A stretch of DNA of 64,000 nt, taken from positions 7,118 to 71,117 of IMG/VR virus record IMGVR_UViG_3300022745_000029, one strand, 5' to 3'. The first letter of the stretch is position 1. Every line of letters begins with the position of its first letter. This stretch comes from a virus. Positions 35,270-43,863 of the stretch are shown here, piece by piece. The notes beneath the pieces are model-generated. The model saw only the letters and a list, made by a program, of their open reading frames with translations, searched no databases and had not been told where the DNA came from. The position numbers and the translations under genes are program-made.

Positions 35270-35620
35270 GTGCCGCCCGACAACGTCATCAACGCCGACC
35301 CGAGCATCACCAAGCTGGTGGCCGCCGTCATGGGGTCCTTCATCTCCCTCAAGTTCATGAAGGGCACCTGGTACGAGCGCCTGATGCTGTTCGTTGGCGG
35401 GGCGTTCCTCAGCTACAACGCCACGTCCCCGCTGGCGCACTGGCTCAACTTCCAGGAAGGCGAGGGCCTGATCGGGTTCTCCGTAGGCCTGCTGGGCATG
35501 GCGCTTGCCGAGAAGTTGTACGAGGCCGTGCAGGCTACGGACGCGAAGCAGGTCTCCAAGGACCTCTGGTCTGCAGTGAAGAAGCGTATCGGGGTCGACT
35601 CAGATGCAAACGGTCAATGA
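35270..35620 (+). CDS. putative holin
   Basis: Three hydrophobic segments, charged C-terminus, heads lysis cluster. Confidence 0.65.
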   Translation: MPPDNVINADPSITKLVAAVMGSFISLKFMKGTWYERLMLFVGGAFLSYNATSPLAHWLNFQEGEGLIGFSVGLLGMALAEKLYEAVQATDAKQVSKDLWSAVKKRIGVDSDANGQ

Positions 35621-35858
35621 GGTCTGCTATCTGTTGAGCCTGGCAGCCCTTGCAGGCTGCGCGGCGCTTGGCATCTTCAGCAAACATTACCCGGACACGC
35701 TGGTGCAGCGCGCCGGCATGGTTCTGGTGGCCTTCGCCGGCCCCATCTCGGCGCTCCAGCTGGTGGCGGAGCGCCCGTCCTACAACTCCATCGGGCTCAC
35801 ATTGGGCGGCTGCGCCGTCTACGCCGTGGGAACCCTCATCAAAAGGTGGCGTGAATGA
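35604..35858 (+). CDS. membrane protein of lysis cluster
   Basis: Three hydrophobic segments in 84 aa. Confidence 0.6.
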   Translation: MQTVNEVCYLLSLAALAGCAALGIFSKHYPDTLVQRAGMVLVAFAGPISALQLVAERPSYNSIGLTLGGCAVYAVGTLIKRWRE

Positions 35859-36325
35859 TTTTCTCCGCACTGTTCTCCTTCCTCGGCGGCAGCGTCTTCC
35901 GCATGATCTGGGGGGAAGTGTCGTCCTGGGTCAACAAGAGCCAGGACCACGCCCACGAAGTCGAGCGCATGAAGCTGCAGGGCGACCTGGACGCGCAGAC
36001 GCACGCCCGCACGCTGGAGAACCTGCGCCTGGCCAAAGAGCTGGAAGTCAAGCAGATCGAGGTCCAGAAGGACGCTGACCTCCAGCGGGCGGAGGCCGAC
36101 GCCTTCGCCAACGCCATGAAGGAAGCCTTCAAGCCCACCGGCATCACCTGGGTGGACGCGTGGAACGGCAGCATCCGTCCGGCCGCCGCCACGATCGCCC
36201 TGGCCCTGTGGATTATGGCCCTTGTGAGCAGCGGCTTCACCACCAGCGACTGGGACCGCGAGCTCGTGGGCGTGATCCTTGGCTTCTACTTCGCCGACCG
36301 CGCGCTCGGAAAGCGCAACAAATGA
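35855..36325 (+). CDS. holin-like membrane protein
   Basis: WVDAWNGSIRP, ILGFYFADRAL.K motifs typical of 3TM phage holins. Confidence 0.65.
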   Translation: MIFSALFSFLGGSVFRMIWGEVSSWVNKSQDHAHEVERMKLQGDLDAQTHARTLENLRLAKELEVKQIEVQKDADLQRAEADAFANAMKEAFKPTGITWVDAWNGSIRPAAATIALALWIMALVSSGFTTSDWDRELVGVILGFYFADRALGKRNK

Positions 36326-36741
36326 AAGACCTGGAGGAGCTGTTCAGGCTCATCCGGCTCTTCGAGGGGTGCCGCCTTGTACCTTACCTGTGCCCTGCTG
36401 GTGTCTGGACTTGCGGTTGGGGCAGCACTGGCCCTGACGTGGTTCCCGGGCAACCGTGGAGCCAGGCCTACGCCGACCAGCGCCTCAGCTCCGACGCCCT
36501 GAAGTTCGCGCGCGGCACGCTGGCCCTGTGCCCGCGCCTGTCAGGCACGGCGCTGTGCGCTATCGCAGACTTTGCCTACAACCTTGGGCTCGGCCGCCTG
36601 AAGGCCTCCACCTTGCGCATCCGCCTCAACCAGGGCGACATGGCCGGCGCCGCTACGGAACTGCGCAAGTGGGTCATGGGGGGTGGCCGGCGCCTGCCCG
36701 GGCTGGTCAAGCGGCGCGAGGCTGAGGCTGCCCTGCTGTAG
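36322..36741 (+). CDS. endolysin, GH24 lysozyme
   Basis: FEGCRLVPYLCPAGVWTCGWGST, FAYNLG, LPGLVKRREAE. Confidence 0.92.
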   Translation: MKDLEELFRLIRLFEGCRLVPYLCPAGVWTCGWGSTGPDVVPGQPWSQAYADQRLSSDALKFARGTLALCPRLSGTALCAIADFAYNLGLGRLKASTLRIRLNQGDMAGAATELRKWVMGGGRRLPGLVKRREAEAALL

Positions 36742-36746
36742 GGGGA

Positions 36747-36776
36747 TTTACTTCCGGACTCTGCTGGCCCAAGTAT
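36747..36776 (+). promoter_or_regulatory. late-promoter motif copy 8
   Basis: GGGGA-TTTACT-N18-AAGTAT before second fibre module. Confidence 0.55.
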
Positions 36777-36795
36777 CGGGCACCGGAGCAGCACC

Positions 36796-37137
36796 ATGAC
36801 CCCCGGCGTACACAACATCACCGTCAAACGCAACACGCAGCGCACGCTGCCGCTTGCCTACAAGGACGCCACCGGCGCCCTCGTGAACCTGACGGGATAC
36901 TCCGCGCGCATGGCCGTGCGCCTGCGTCCGGACCCGAAGACTACCGCAGCGCTGGATCTCAGCACTGCCAACGGCAAGATTGCCTTGGGCGGTACTCCGA
37001 GCAACATCGTGGTGAGTATCGACGCCACCGGGGTTGCCCACGGCGAGTACCACTACGACCTGATCCTGACGGACAGTCTGGGCAAACCCGGATCGCTGCT
37101 CACAGGTCTCTTCACCGTCGAGGCCTCCACGGTATGA
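36796..37137 (+). CDS. BppU-like/fibre adaptor protein
   Basis: NLTGYSARMAVR, YDL.L, LL.G.F.V...V motifs. Confidence 0.7.
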   Translation: MTPGVHNITVKRNTQRTLPLAYKDATGALVNLTGYSARMAVRLRPDPKTTAALDLSTANGKIALGGTPSNIVVSIDATGVAHGEYHYDLILTDSLGKPGSLLTGLFTVEASTV

Positions 37138-37634
37138 CCGAGGTCGTGGTCACCGAAGTCGTCAACACCGTCGTCGTCGACGGTGAGGCCACCGTTGCCG
37201 TCATCGTCGAGCAGGCGGTATCCATCGTCGACGTTGCACAGCAGGGCCCCGCGGGCGCCCAGGGTATTCAGGGCCCCGCGGGCGCGTCCAACGCGACGTA
37301 CACAGCGGGCGGCAGCGTCTCCGGCCATCAGGCGGTAACGCTCGACAGCACCAGCACCCTCATTTACGCCGACGCCGCCACCCCCGCGCACGCCTGGGCC
37401 GTGCTCGGAGTGAGCCTCAACGCGGCAGCGTCAGGCGGTGCCGTGGAGGTCGCCCGCTCCGGGCCGGTGGACCACTCGGGCTGGGCGTTCACGCCGGGCT
37501 CCCCGGTGTTCCTGGGCCTTGCCGGGGCCCTAGTCCAGGCCGTACCGCTGACCGCAGCTTTCGTGAAGGTGATGGGCGTTGCCGTATCCCCGACCCGGGT
37601 TGTGCTTGACCCCCAGCCCGCCATTTATCTGTAA
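37134..37634 (+). CDS. virion decoration/fibre protein with short collagen-like segment
   Basis: QGPAGAQGIQGPAG; W.FTPGSPVFL..G.L. Confidence 0.65.
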   Translation: MTEVVVTEVVNTVVVDGEATVAVIVEQAVSIVDVAQQGPAGAQGIQGPAGASNATYTAGGSVSGHQAVTLDSTSTLIYADAATPAHAWAVLGVSLNAAASGGAVEVARSGPVDHSGWAFTPGSPVFLGLAGALVQAVPLTAAFVKVMGVAVSPTRVVLDPQPAIYL

Positions 37635-37646
37635 AGGAGACCCTCC

Positions 37647-38249
37647 ATGGGAACCGCATCGACCAAGAAAATCATCAAGAATGTATCTGGGGCTCTGACC
37701 GAAGAGGCTGCGCTGACCACGTCTGCGGGCGCCGGTGACGCTGACCGCATCCCCGCCCTGAACGCCAGCGGCGTGCTGGACCCTAGCATTCTGAATGCTA
37801 CGGCGACGTCCGCCGGCTCCGGGGACGCCTCGAAGATCCCCAAGCTGGACGGGGCCGGGCGGCTTGACTCGAGCATGATGCCTGTCGGCGTAGGCGCAGA
37901 CACCGCCACCATCGTCACGTCGGAGGCCTTGTCTGCCGGCGACTACGTGAATATCTGGAACAACTCTGGCGCCAAGGCCCGCAAGGCGGACGCCACGGTG
38001 GCGGGCAAGCACGCGATGGGGTTTGTTCTGTCGGCCTACGCCTCCGGGGCCTCCGCCTCCGTGTACTTCGAGGGCACCAATACGGGCGTTGCCGGGCAGA
38101 CGCCCGGCGACGTGTTCCTGTCCACCACGGCGGGGCAGGGTGCGTCGGCGGCTCCGACAGGGTCCGGCAACGTCGTGCAGCCCATCGGGGTGGCTGTGTC
38201 TGCCACAGCTGTCAACTTCCAGTACAACCGCCCGATCACTCTGGCGTAA
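37647..38249 (+). CDS. virion decoration/fibre protein
   Basis: Internal repeat TSAG.GDA..IP.L...G.LD.S; EALSAGD.V, TPG..FLS..G, Q.IGVA motifs. Confidence 0.7.
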   Translation: MGTASTKKIIKNVSGALTEEAALTTSAGAGDADRIPALNASGVLDPSILNATATSAGSGDASKIPKLDGAGRLDSSMMPVGVGADTATIVTSEALSAGDYVNIWNNSGAKARKADATVAGKHAMGFVLSAYASGASASVYFEGTNTGVAGQTPGDVFLSTTAGQGASAAPTGSGNVVQPIGVAVSATAVNFQYNRPITLA

Positions 38250-38252
38250 ACC

Positions 38253-39314
38253 GTGGCAGCGCGCAACCCTCTCGTCGTCATCTCCGGGCTGATTCAGGAG
38301 CTCCCTACGGGAGACACGGTCAACGGGGCCGGCTCCGGCGGCTCGGGGTACGGGGCACCCGTGTGGGGGCTCGGCAACTCGGGGACCCTGGGGTCGAGCC
38401 ACAACGGCAAGTTGCTGATGTTCGACCAGAGCCGTCTGAACCTATACCTCAACGGGGACTGGAGCGTTCAAACCAGCACACTGGCGGTAACCCTCGGCAG
38501 CGCGGCGACGCTGGGGTCGGGGTGGTGGTGCGACCTTGTAGTGGACGGCAGCAACCCTCTGGCCGTGACCGCCAGCGGCACTGACAAGATTGACCCAGTC
38601 TGGGCGCAGAATAATGCAGACAACCCATCAGCGCCAGCCATGTGGACTAACGGGGTGTCCAGCGGCTCAGTAGTCCCCCGCATGATTGTCCGGGTCGTCT
38701 GCGACGGCGCAAGGTTCTTCACCTTCAAGCGCAGTGGCAGCACCCACCTTGCCGTCCTGACCAGCGGCACGTCATGGGTCACCCCGCTCGGGGTGCGTAC
38801 CGGGATAGTGGAGCTGCAGGGAGGTGGTGGCAGCGGTGGCAAGTCGAACTCCGTCAGCCTGAACGGCGGGGGCGGCGCAGCGGGTGCTTATGTGAAATCC
38901 ACCATCTCGCTTACCCCGGGGGCCGCCGTCACTTACGCGGTTGGCGCCGGCGGAGCTGCCCAGACGGTGGCGAACACCGGAGGAAACGCCGGCGGCGCAA
39001 CCTCGATGACTGGCGTCAATGTTGCCAACGGCGGAGCCGGTGGCGGCACATCTTGGACTATTCAGCCCGTGGGCGCCTCAGCTCCGGCGACGACTTCCAG
39101 CCTCTTGGGGGTTTCCGGTGGGCCAGCGTATGCAGGCACATCAACCACCAACAGCTTCGGTGGCACGTCGCAGTACGGCCGCGGCTCTTTCCGGGCGGGC
39201 ACCACCACTGCTGCAGCCGCTTCAGGGTACGGATCCGGCGGGGTAGGCGCTATTTCAACCGCGGGTACAGACAGCACTGCGGGCATGCCGGGCGTCATTG
39301 TGATCACGTACTGA
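38253..39314 (+). CDS. glycine-rich tail fibre protein
   Basis: W.TP.GV....VELQGGGGSGG, GGAAGAY, VGAGG, GVIVITY. Confidence 0.75.
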   Translation: MAARNPLVVISGLIQELPTGDTVNGAGSGGSGYGAPVWGLGNSGTLGSSHNGKLLMFDQSRLNLYLNGDWSVQTSTLAVTLGSAATLGSGWWCDLVVDGSNPLAVTASGTDKIDPVWAQNNADNPSAPAMWTNGVSSGSVVPRMIVRVVCDGARFFTFKRSGSTHLAVLTSGTSWVTPLGVRTGIVELQGGGGSGGKSNSVSLNGGGGAAGAYVKSTISLTPGAAVTYAVGAGGAAQTVANTGGNAGGATSMTGVNVANGGAGGGTSWTIQPVGASAPATTSSLLGVSGGPAYAGTSTTNSFGGTSQYGRGSFRAGTTTAAAASGYGSGGVGAISTAGTDSTAGMPGVIVITY

Positions 39315-39321
39315 GGCGCAC

Positions 39322-39738
39322 ATGCAGCACATTGTCATAGACGGCGTTGTAGTCAATACCATCATGGCCACCCCAGAAGAAGCGGTGGTGGCGTTCCCTG
39401 ATGCCACTATCCTGGACGCGGGGCAGGGCGGTGCCATAGGCTGGCTATGGGACGGCCAACAGTTAGCCGCGCCCCCTGCGCCGCAGGAGGCGCTCGAAGT
39501 GCCCGAAGTGGTCACCAGGTTCCAGGCGCTCGCCGCTCTGGATTCCGTGGGCCTATTGGACGCCGTTGAAGCGTACATGGCAGGGGCAGACACCCCAAAG
39601 ATTCAGAAGTTGGCCTGGGCCAATGCGGTGGAGTTCCGGCGGAACTCGCCGACAGTGTCGGCGTTGTCCGCCCGGCTGGGACTCACGAATGAGCAGGTGG
39701 ACACCCTGTTCGTGAAGGCTGCCGGGTTGGAAGCCTGA
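39322..39738 (+). CDS. tail fibre assembly-type protein
   Basis: VIDGVVVNTI, IGW.WDG, VTRFQ..AL...GLL, W....F.R..P, QVD.LF..A. Confidence 0.7.
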   Translation: MQHIVIDGVVVNTIMATPEEAVVAFPDATILDAGQGGAIGWLWDGQQLAAPPAPQEALEVPEVVTRFQALAALDSVGLLDAVEAYMAGADTPKIQKLAWANAVEFRRNSPTVSALSARLGLTNEQVDTLFVKAAGLEA

Positions 39739-39739
39739 T

Positions 39740-40198
39740 ATGCCCATCGAGGTCGTAGAAGTCGATGGAAAGCTGGAAGTCTGGACGGCCGCCATCGAAT
39801 ACCTGCAGCGCCAGGTGTTGCCTGGAGACGCGCCGCTGACCAGCCGCACGGGCTGGTGGTGGCTTGCCTTCGACGGCGAGACGCCCGTGGCCTTCGCCGG
39901 CCTGCTGGCGGCCAGCACCACACCAGGCACCGCCTACCTTGCCCGGGCCGGCGTACTGCGCAGCCACCGGGGCAAGGGCTTGCAGTTGCGCCTGATCCGT
40001 GCGCGCGAGCGCCGCGCGCGGCAGCTGGGCTTCAGCCGCATGGTGACAGACACCTACTCCAACCCCGCCAGCGCCAACAGCTTGATACGCGCCGGCTACA
40101 AGATGTTCACCCCCAATTACCGTTGGGGGTTCGAGGGCGCCTGCTACTGGCAGAAGACCCTGATCAAACCTGTGAAAGAAGCCTGTGACCCTGCTTGA
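39740..40198 (+). CDS. GNAT family acetyltransferase
   Basis: AGVLRSHRGKGLQLRLI (motif A), NPASANSLIRAGY (motif B). Confidence 0.85.
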   Translation: MPIEVVEVDGKLEVWTAAIEYLQRQVLPGDAPLTSRTGWWWLAFDGETPVAFAGLLAASTTPGTAYLARAGVLRSHRGKGLQLRLIRARERRARQLGFSRMVTDTYSNPASANSLIRAGYKMFTPNYRWGFEGACYWQKTLIKPVKEACDPA

Positions 40199-40367
40199 CC
40201 TGCTGAAAGAAAACGGCCGCATCGAACTGAGCCTGCTGAACCTGGGTGAGGGCGACAAAGACGTCGGCCTCGTGCGCGTGCACCGGGGCGGCGAAGAAAC
40301 CGTCGTCACTGTGGAAGACGTTCGCTTCGCCACCGGTGGCGCTATTACGCTGGTGCATGCGGTGTAG
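40185..40367 (+). CDS. hypothetical protein
   Basis: 60 aa ORF ending the late arm. Confidence 0.55.
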   Translation: MTLLDLLKENGRIELSLLNLGEGDKDVGLVRVHRGGEETVVTVEDVRFATGGAITLVHAV

Positions 40368-40995
40368 TGCCCGCGTCGGACGGGGCAGGGTGACGCGGCA
40401 GGTTGGGGCGCTTCCTCGGCTGGCGGCTCAGGCAGGTGCGGAACAGTTCAAGTGCTGCAGCCTCGTCGGCGTCCACGAGCTTCTTCGCCATCTTGTACGC
40501 CCCTGACGCCTCTTCCAGGGAGTCGTAGTTGCCAAGGCTGATCGTCTTGTTCTGCACCCGGATCTGCGCGTAGGGGTAGCCGCCGCGCGCGTGCATGTAG
40601 GCCCCACGCAAACCTGTCTTGTTGCACTTGTAGGGTGCGCTGCCGTTGCGGATGTTCTCGCCCTGCGCCACGTCCCTCAGGTTCTCCCAGCGGTTGTTCA
40701 GCTTGTCCCGGTCAATGTGGTCGATCTGACCCTTCGGCCATTCGCCGGTGGTGATCAGCCAGATCACCCGGTGTGCGGAGTACGCACGCCCGTTCAGCGC
40801 GACCCGCAGGTATCCGAACCGGTCCACCGTGCCCGCCTCCCGGCGCCGGCCGCCAGCTAGGCGCCGGTACAGCACACCTGACGTGCGGTCGTACTCAAAC
40901 GCCTCCCGCGCCTGGGCGGCAGTCATGTCTGAGTTGTAGTGCTTCCGCTGGTTTTCGGAAACAAGGCTCTGGCTGTTCTCGTTGTTATTGCTCAT
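40345..40995 (-). CDS. HNH endonuclease with AP2-like DNA-binding domain
   Basis: AHRVIW, IDHIDRDKLNNRWENLR, AQIRVQNKTISLGNYDSLEEA..AY. Confidence 0.88.
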   Translation of the reverse strand: MSNNNENSQSLVSENQRKHYNSDMTAAQAREAFEYDRTSGVLYRRLAGGRRREAGTVDRFGYLRVALNGRAYSAHRVIWLITTGEWPKGQIDHIDRDKLNNRWENLRDVAQGENIRNGSAPYKCNKTGLRGAYMHARGGYPYAQIRVQNKTISLGNYDSLEEASGAYKMAKKLVDADEAAALELFRTCLSRQPRKRPNLPRHPAPSDAGTTPHAPA

Positions 40996-41044
40996 AAAGG
41001 CCTTTTTGGTAGCGCCGAAAGTAGCGCGTCACCATACTAGGCAA

Positions 41045-41157
41045 TAAGCTATTGAAAGTAAACAGGAATGTGGGTCGTCAATCCGTTTTGCAAATCCGTG
41101 TAGGTCGGTTCGACTCCGGCCCGCGCCTCCAAAATCCCCAACAAAATCAACAACTTA
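41045..41157. other. attP: core = 3' half of tRNA-Cys(GCA) at 41088-41131, flanked by IHF sites
   Basis: TTGCAAATCCGTGTAGGTCGGTTCGACTCCGGCCCGCGCCTCCA (anticodon loop to CCA, no 5' half); AATCAACAACTTA at 41145-41157 fits WATCAANNNNTTR; near-match on - strand at 41045-41057. Confidence 0.85.
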
Positions 41158-41283
41158 GGTTCTGACGTTGTCGGGGCCGAAGCCCTGAGGGGCCTCGTTT
41201 GGCCCTCGTTTGGGCCTCAAAAGGTGTTGAATCAGTAGCATGCTACCGTTGCAACGGACCAGAAAGTCCGTGTATGCTGGTGC

Positions 41284-42426
41284 ATGGCCACCAATATCCA
41301 ACCCCGAGGCAGTCGATTTCAGCTGCGGGTGATCCACCCCCTGCTGCCCAAACCGCACTTTGCCACCTTCGAGTCCGAGCCAGAGGCGCGCGGCTACCGC
41401 GACCAGCTGATGGCGCTGCTGCAGCGCGGGGAGGTGCCGGCCAACCTGCTTGAGCCGGCGGCGCCTGACGGCAGTCCGCTGCTCACGAGCGTGGTGGACG
41501 ACTACAAGCGGCTGTCCACGCCCAGCCCGTCTGACCTTGACATGCTGCACCTGGTGCACGCCGACGTGGAGCGCCTGGGCATGCGGCAGCTGGACTACGA
41601 GTGGGCCGAGAAGTACGTGCGACGCCTGAAAGTGGAGCAGAACCTGTCCCCGGGCTCCGTCAGAAAGCGCGTGGGCGTGCTGGCGCGCGCGGTCGACTGG
41701 TGGATCCGGCGCAACCACAAGCAGGGCACGGCGGCGGCTACCAACCCGCTACGCCTGCTGCCCAAGGGCTACAGCGTCTACACGGCGGCCGAGGCGGCGG
41801 CCGTGGCTAAGAAGGGCGGCAAAGTTAAAAAGGACCGGGAGGTGGACCGCCGCCTGCTGCCCGAGGAAGAGGCCCGCGTGCGCGAGGCGCTGGCCGGCGT
41901 CAAGCGGCCCGACCGCGAGCGCGCTCTGGGCACCGACAAGTTCTTCATCAAGCTGTTCGAGCTGATCCTGGGCACCGGTATCCGCCTGAAGGAGGCCTAC
42001 ACCCTGCGCGCCGACCAGGTGGACCTTGCCAAGGGCGTGCTGCGGCTGTCCGGCTCCAAGGGCTGGCGGGGTGCGTCCAAGCCCCGCGTGGTGCCGCTGA
42101 CCCCGGCGCTGCGCAGGGAGCTGAAGGACTTGCCAGAAGGGCTGGTGTTCCCGTACTGGGACGGGACGAAAGAAGGGGAGAAGAAGGCGACGTCGAAGCT
42201 GTCCGTCCGCTTCGGGACGTTGTTCGACTACGCGCAGGTCCCAGACATCACGGAACACGTGCTGCGCCACGAGGCGACATGCCGGTGGTTCGAGATGCGG
42301 GATGCGAAAGGGCGGTGGACGTTCTCGGAGATCGAGATCTGTCGAATCATGGGGTGGTCCTCCACCCGGATGGCGCTTCGATACGCCTCTCTCCGGGGGG
42401 AGGACCTGTCGTCACGACTGGGGTGA
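41284..42426 (+). CDS. int: tyrosine integrase
   Basis: GIRLKE (R), HVLRHE (HxxR), MGWSS (W), RYA (Y); next to attP; TTGCAA-N18-TATGCT promoter 5 nt before ATG. Confidence 0.92.
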   Translation: MATNIQPRGSRFQLRVIHPLLPKPHFATFESEPEARGYRDQLMALLQRGEVPANLLEPAAPDGSPLLTSVVDDYKRLSTPSPSDLDMLHLVHADVERLGMRQLDYEWAEKYVRRLKVEQNLSPGSVRKRVGVLARAVDWWIRRNHKQGTAAATNPLRLLPKGYSVYTAAEAAAVAKKGGKVKKDREVDRRLLPEEEARVREALAGVKRPDRERALGTDKFFIKLFELILGTGIRLKEAYTLRADQVDLAKGVLRLSGSKGWRGASKPRVVPLTPALRRELKDLPEGLVFPYWDGTKEGEKKATSKLSVRFGTLFDYAQVPDITEHVLRHEATCRWFEMRDAKGRWTFSEIEICRIMGWSSTRMALRYASLRGEDLSSRLG

Positions 42427-42717
42427 GACCTTGACCGTGCGGGTGAAGTCCGCACGCCGCGGCATCGGGGCTCGTCCGAGGGAGCCCATGAAGCGGAAGT
42501 GCCCCGCCGTGACTTCCTGGCTGCGCCCTTCCTCCGGGCTAGGCTTCAAATTTGCCAGCGCCTGCTCTTCGAGCACCTTCATCAGGGCCGCGTACGGCAC
42601 CCTCGGCGACCGGCCGTACCGCACGGACGGCAACTTGCCCGCCCTCACGGCGTCGGCCACCGTATCCTCGGAGCAGTCCAGCAGCTCCGCCACCTGCGCA
42701 AGGTTGAGCACGCTCAT
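42412..42717 (-). CDS. excisionase-like HTH protein
   Basis: LNLAQVAELLDCSEDTV...GKLPSVRYGRSPRVP; convergent with int. Confidence 0.75.
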   Translation of the reverse strand: MSVLNLAQVAELLDCSEDTVADAVRAGKLPSVRYGRSPRVPYAALMKVLEEQALANLKPSPEEGRSQEVTAGHFRFMGSLGRAPMPRRADFTRTVKVSPQS

Positions 42718-42941
42718 TTCAGCAGGCCCTCCTCACGCATTGCCCGCCGCACGTCACCGCGGAAGTTGGTGATGGCTCGCTGGTCGCTGGCGGTCAGCGC
42801 TGCGATGAACGCGCGCTGCACGCTGCGCCCGAAGTCGACCACCACCTTGAGGTGGTTGCCGCCGGTTTGGGTGATGCCCACGACCTTGAGGCCCTCGGCC
42901 TCAACAACGCGGGCCAAGTCGCGCTTGGCCCGCAATGTCAT
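42714..42941 (-). CDS. HicA-like protein
   Basis: TGGNHLKV...TASDQRAITNFRGDVRR pattern. Confidence 0.55.
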   Translation of the reverse strand: MTLRAKRDLARVVEAEGLKVVGITQTGGNHLKVVVDFGRSVQRAFIAALTASDQRAITNFRGDVRRAMREEGLLK

Positions 42942-43228
42942 GTCGCTGCTCCGGCGGTGAACTGCACGTCGCCCACGGGTGTGCTGCTCGACGACCTGGA
43001 CGCCTTCAGGTGCCGGCGGTAGGCTTTGAGCTGTTTCTTGAACTGGCGGATGCCAATCAGCTTCACAGCGGCGCGGCGCTGACGCGCACCATGGCTGGCT
43101 CCGGCGCTCGTCAGCGTGCCCTTCAGCACCAGGCGGTTGTGCGCGCGGGAGAGTTTGCGGCGGTACTGGTATTCGTCGCGGGTTTCGCCTTCAAGGCGTT
43201 GGGGAACGTGGAGTGTTTCTTTTTTCAT
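42938..43228 (-). CDS. basic hypothetical protein
   Basis: PQRLEGETRDEYQYRRK motif; GIRQFKKQ. Confidence 0.6.
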   Translation of the reverse strand: MKKETLHVPQRLEGETRDEYQYRRKLSRAHNRLVLKGTLTSAGASHGARQRRAAVKLIGIRQFKKQLKAYRRHLKASRSSSSTPVGDVQFTAGAAT

Positions 43229-43280
43229 TTTTGTTCTCGTTTCACTCGGGGGAAAGGGCGGGCCCGGAGGCCCGCCAACG

Positions 43281-43388
43281 TCACTGACGGTGCTTCTGGA
43301 CGAAGACACCAACCTTGTAGCCAATGAGCCCGCTGACAGCGCACAGGGTGGCCACGCCCAGCGCCAGCAGGGTGTTGATGGTGCTCAT
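43281..43388 (-). CDS. small membrane peptide (35 aa)
   Basis: Manual translation MSTINTLLALGVATLCAVSGLIGYKVGVFVQKHRQ*; ATGA overlap. Confidence 0.5.
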   Translation of the reverse strand: MSTINTLLALGVATLCAVSGLIGYKVGVFVQKHRQ

Positions 43389-43795
43389 TTGGCGATGCGC
43401 GGGATCGGGAACGGCACCACGGCCGTGGGCTGGCAGTGGCCGTCCTGCGAGGCGAAAGGCTTGGCCTTGAACTCGGCGTCAGCTAGGCAGCCTGTGGCGG
43501 CCGACACGGTGCTGCACTTGAGCGCAACCCACTGCTTGCTGTCCGGCGAGAACAGCTTGAGCGTGGCCCAGCCGTCGCCCTGCGGGCAGTCGGGCATCTG
43601 GCTGGAGTCTCCGTTGGAGACGGCCTGCCAGTCCCGCACCGGCGGGTTTTCGGCGCGGTAGCGCTGGGCGTTGAACAGCGCGTTGTCGCGCGCAGTGGAC
43701 TTGGCCTCCTCCAGGGTGGCGAAGGACACGTCCTGCTTGCAGCCAGCGAGGGCGGCAGCGGCGATGACGGCAAGGGTGATGAGGGTCTTTTTCAT
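43385..43795 (-). CDS. lipoprotein, Cys-rich
   Basis: MKKTLITLAVIAAAALAG-C lipobox; GAGG RBS. Confidence 0.8.
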   Translation of the reverse strand: MKKTLITLAVIAAAALAGCKQDVSFATLEEAKSTARDNALFNAQRYRAENPPVRDWQAVSNGDSSQMPDCPQGDGWATLKLFSPDSKQWVALKCSTVSAATGCLADAEFKAKPFASQDGHCQPTAVVPFPIPRIAK

Positions 43796-43823
43796 TGTTG
43801 TTATTTCCTCTGGCCGGGATGGA

Positions 43824-43857
43824 ACCCCGCAGGCTGGCCAGGCCTGTGGGGTGTTTT
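43824..43857 (+). terminator. terminator-like hairpin
   Basis: ACCCCGCAGGC-TGGCCAG-GCCTGTGGGGT-GTTTT. Confidence 0.4.
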
Positions 43858-43863
43858 GATGTC

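Noticed and set aside
33849-39314. Diversity-generating retroelement, retron or invertible fibre switch
   Set aside because: No reverse transcriptase, TR/VR pair or invertase with inverted sites seen
41060-41131. Functional tRNA-Cys gene
   Set aside because: Only anticodon loop to CCA is present; no GGCGCG acceptor 5' strand or D arm upstream, so it is an attP core
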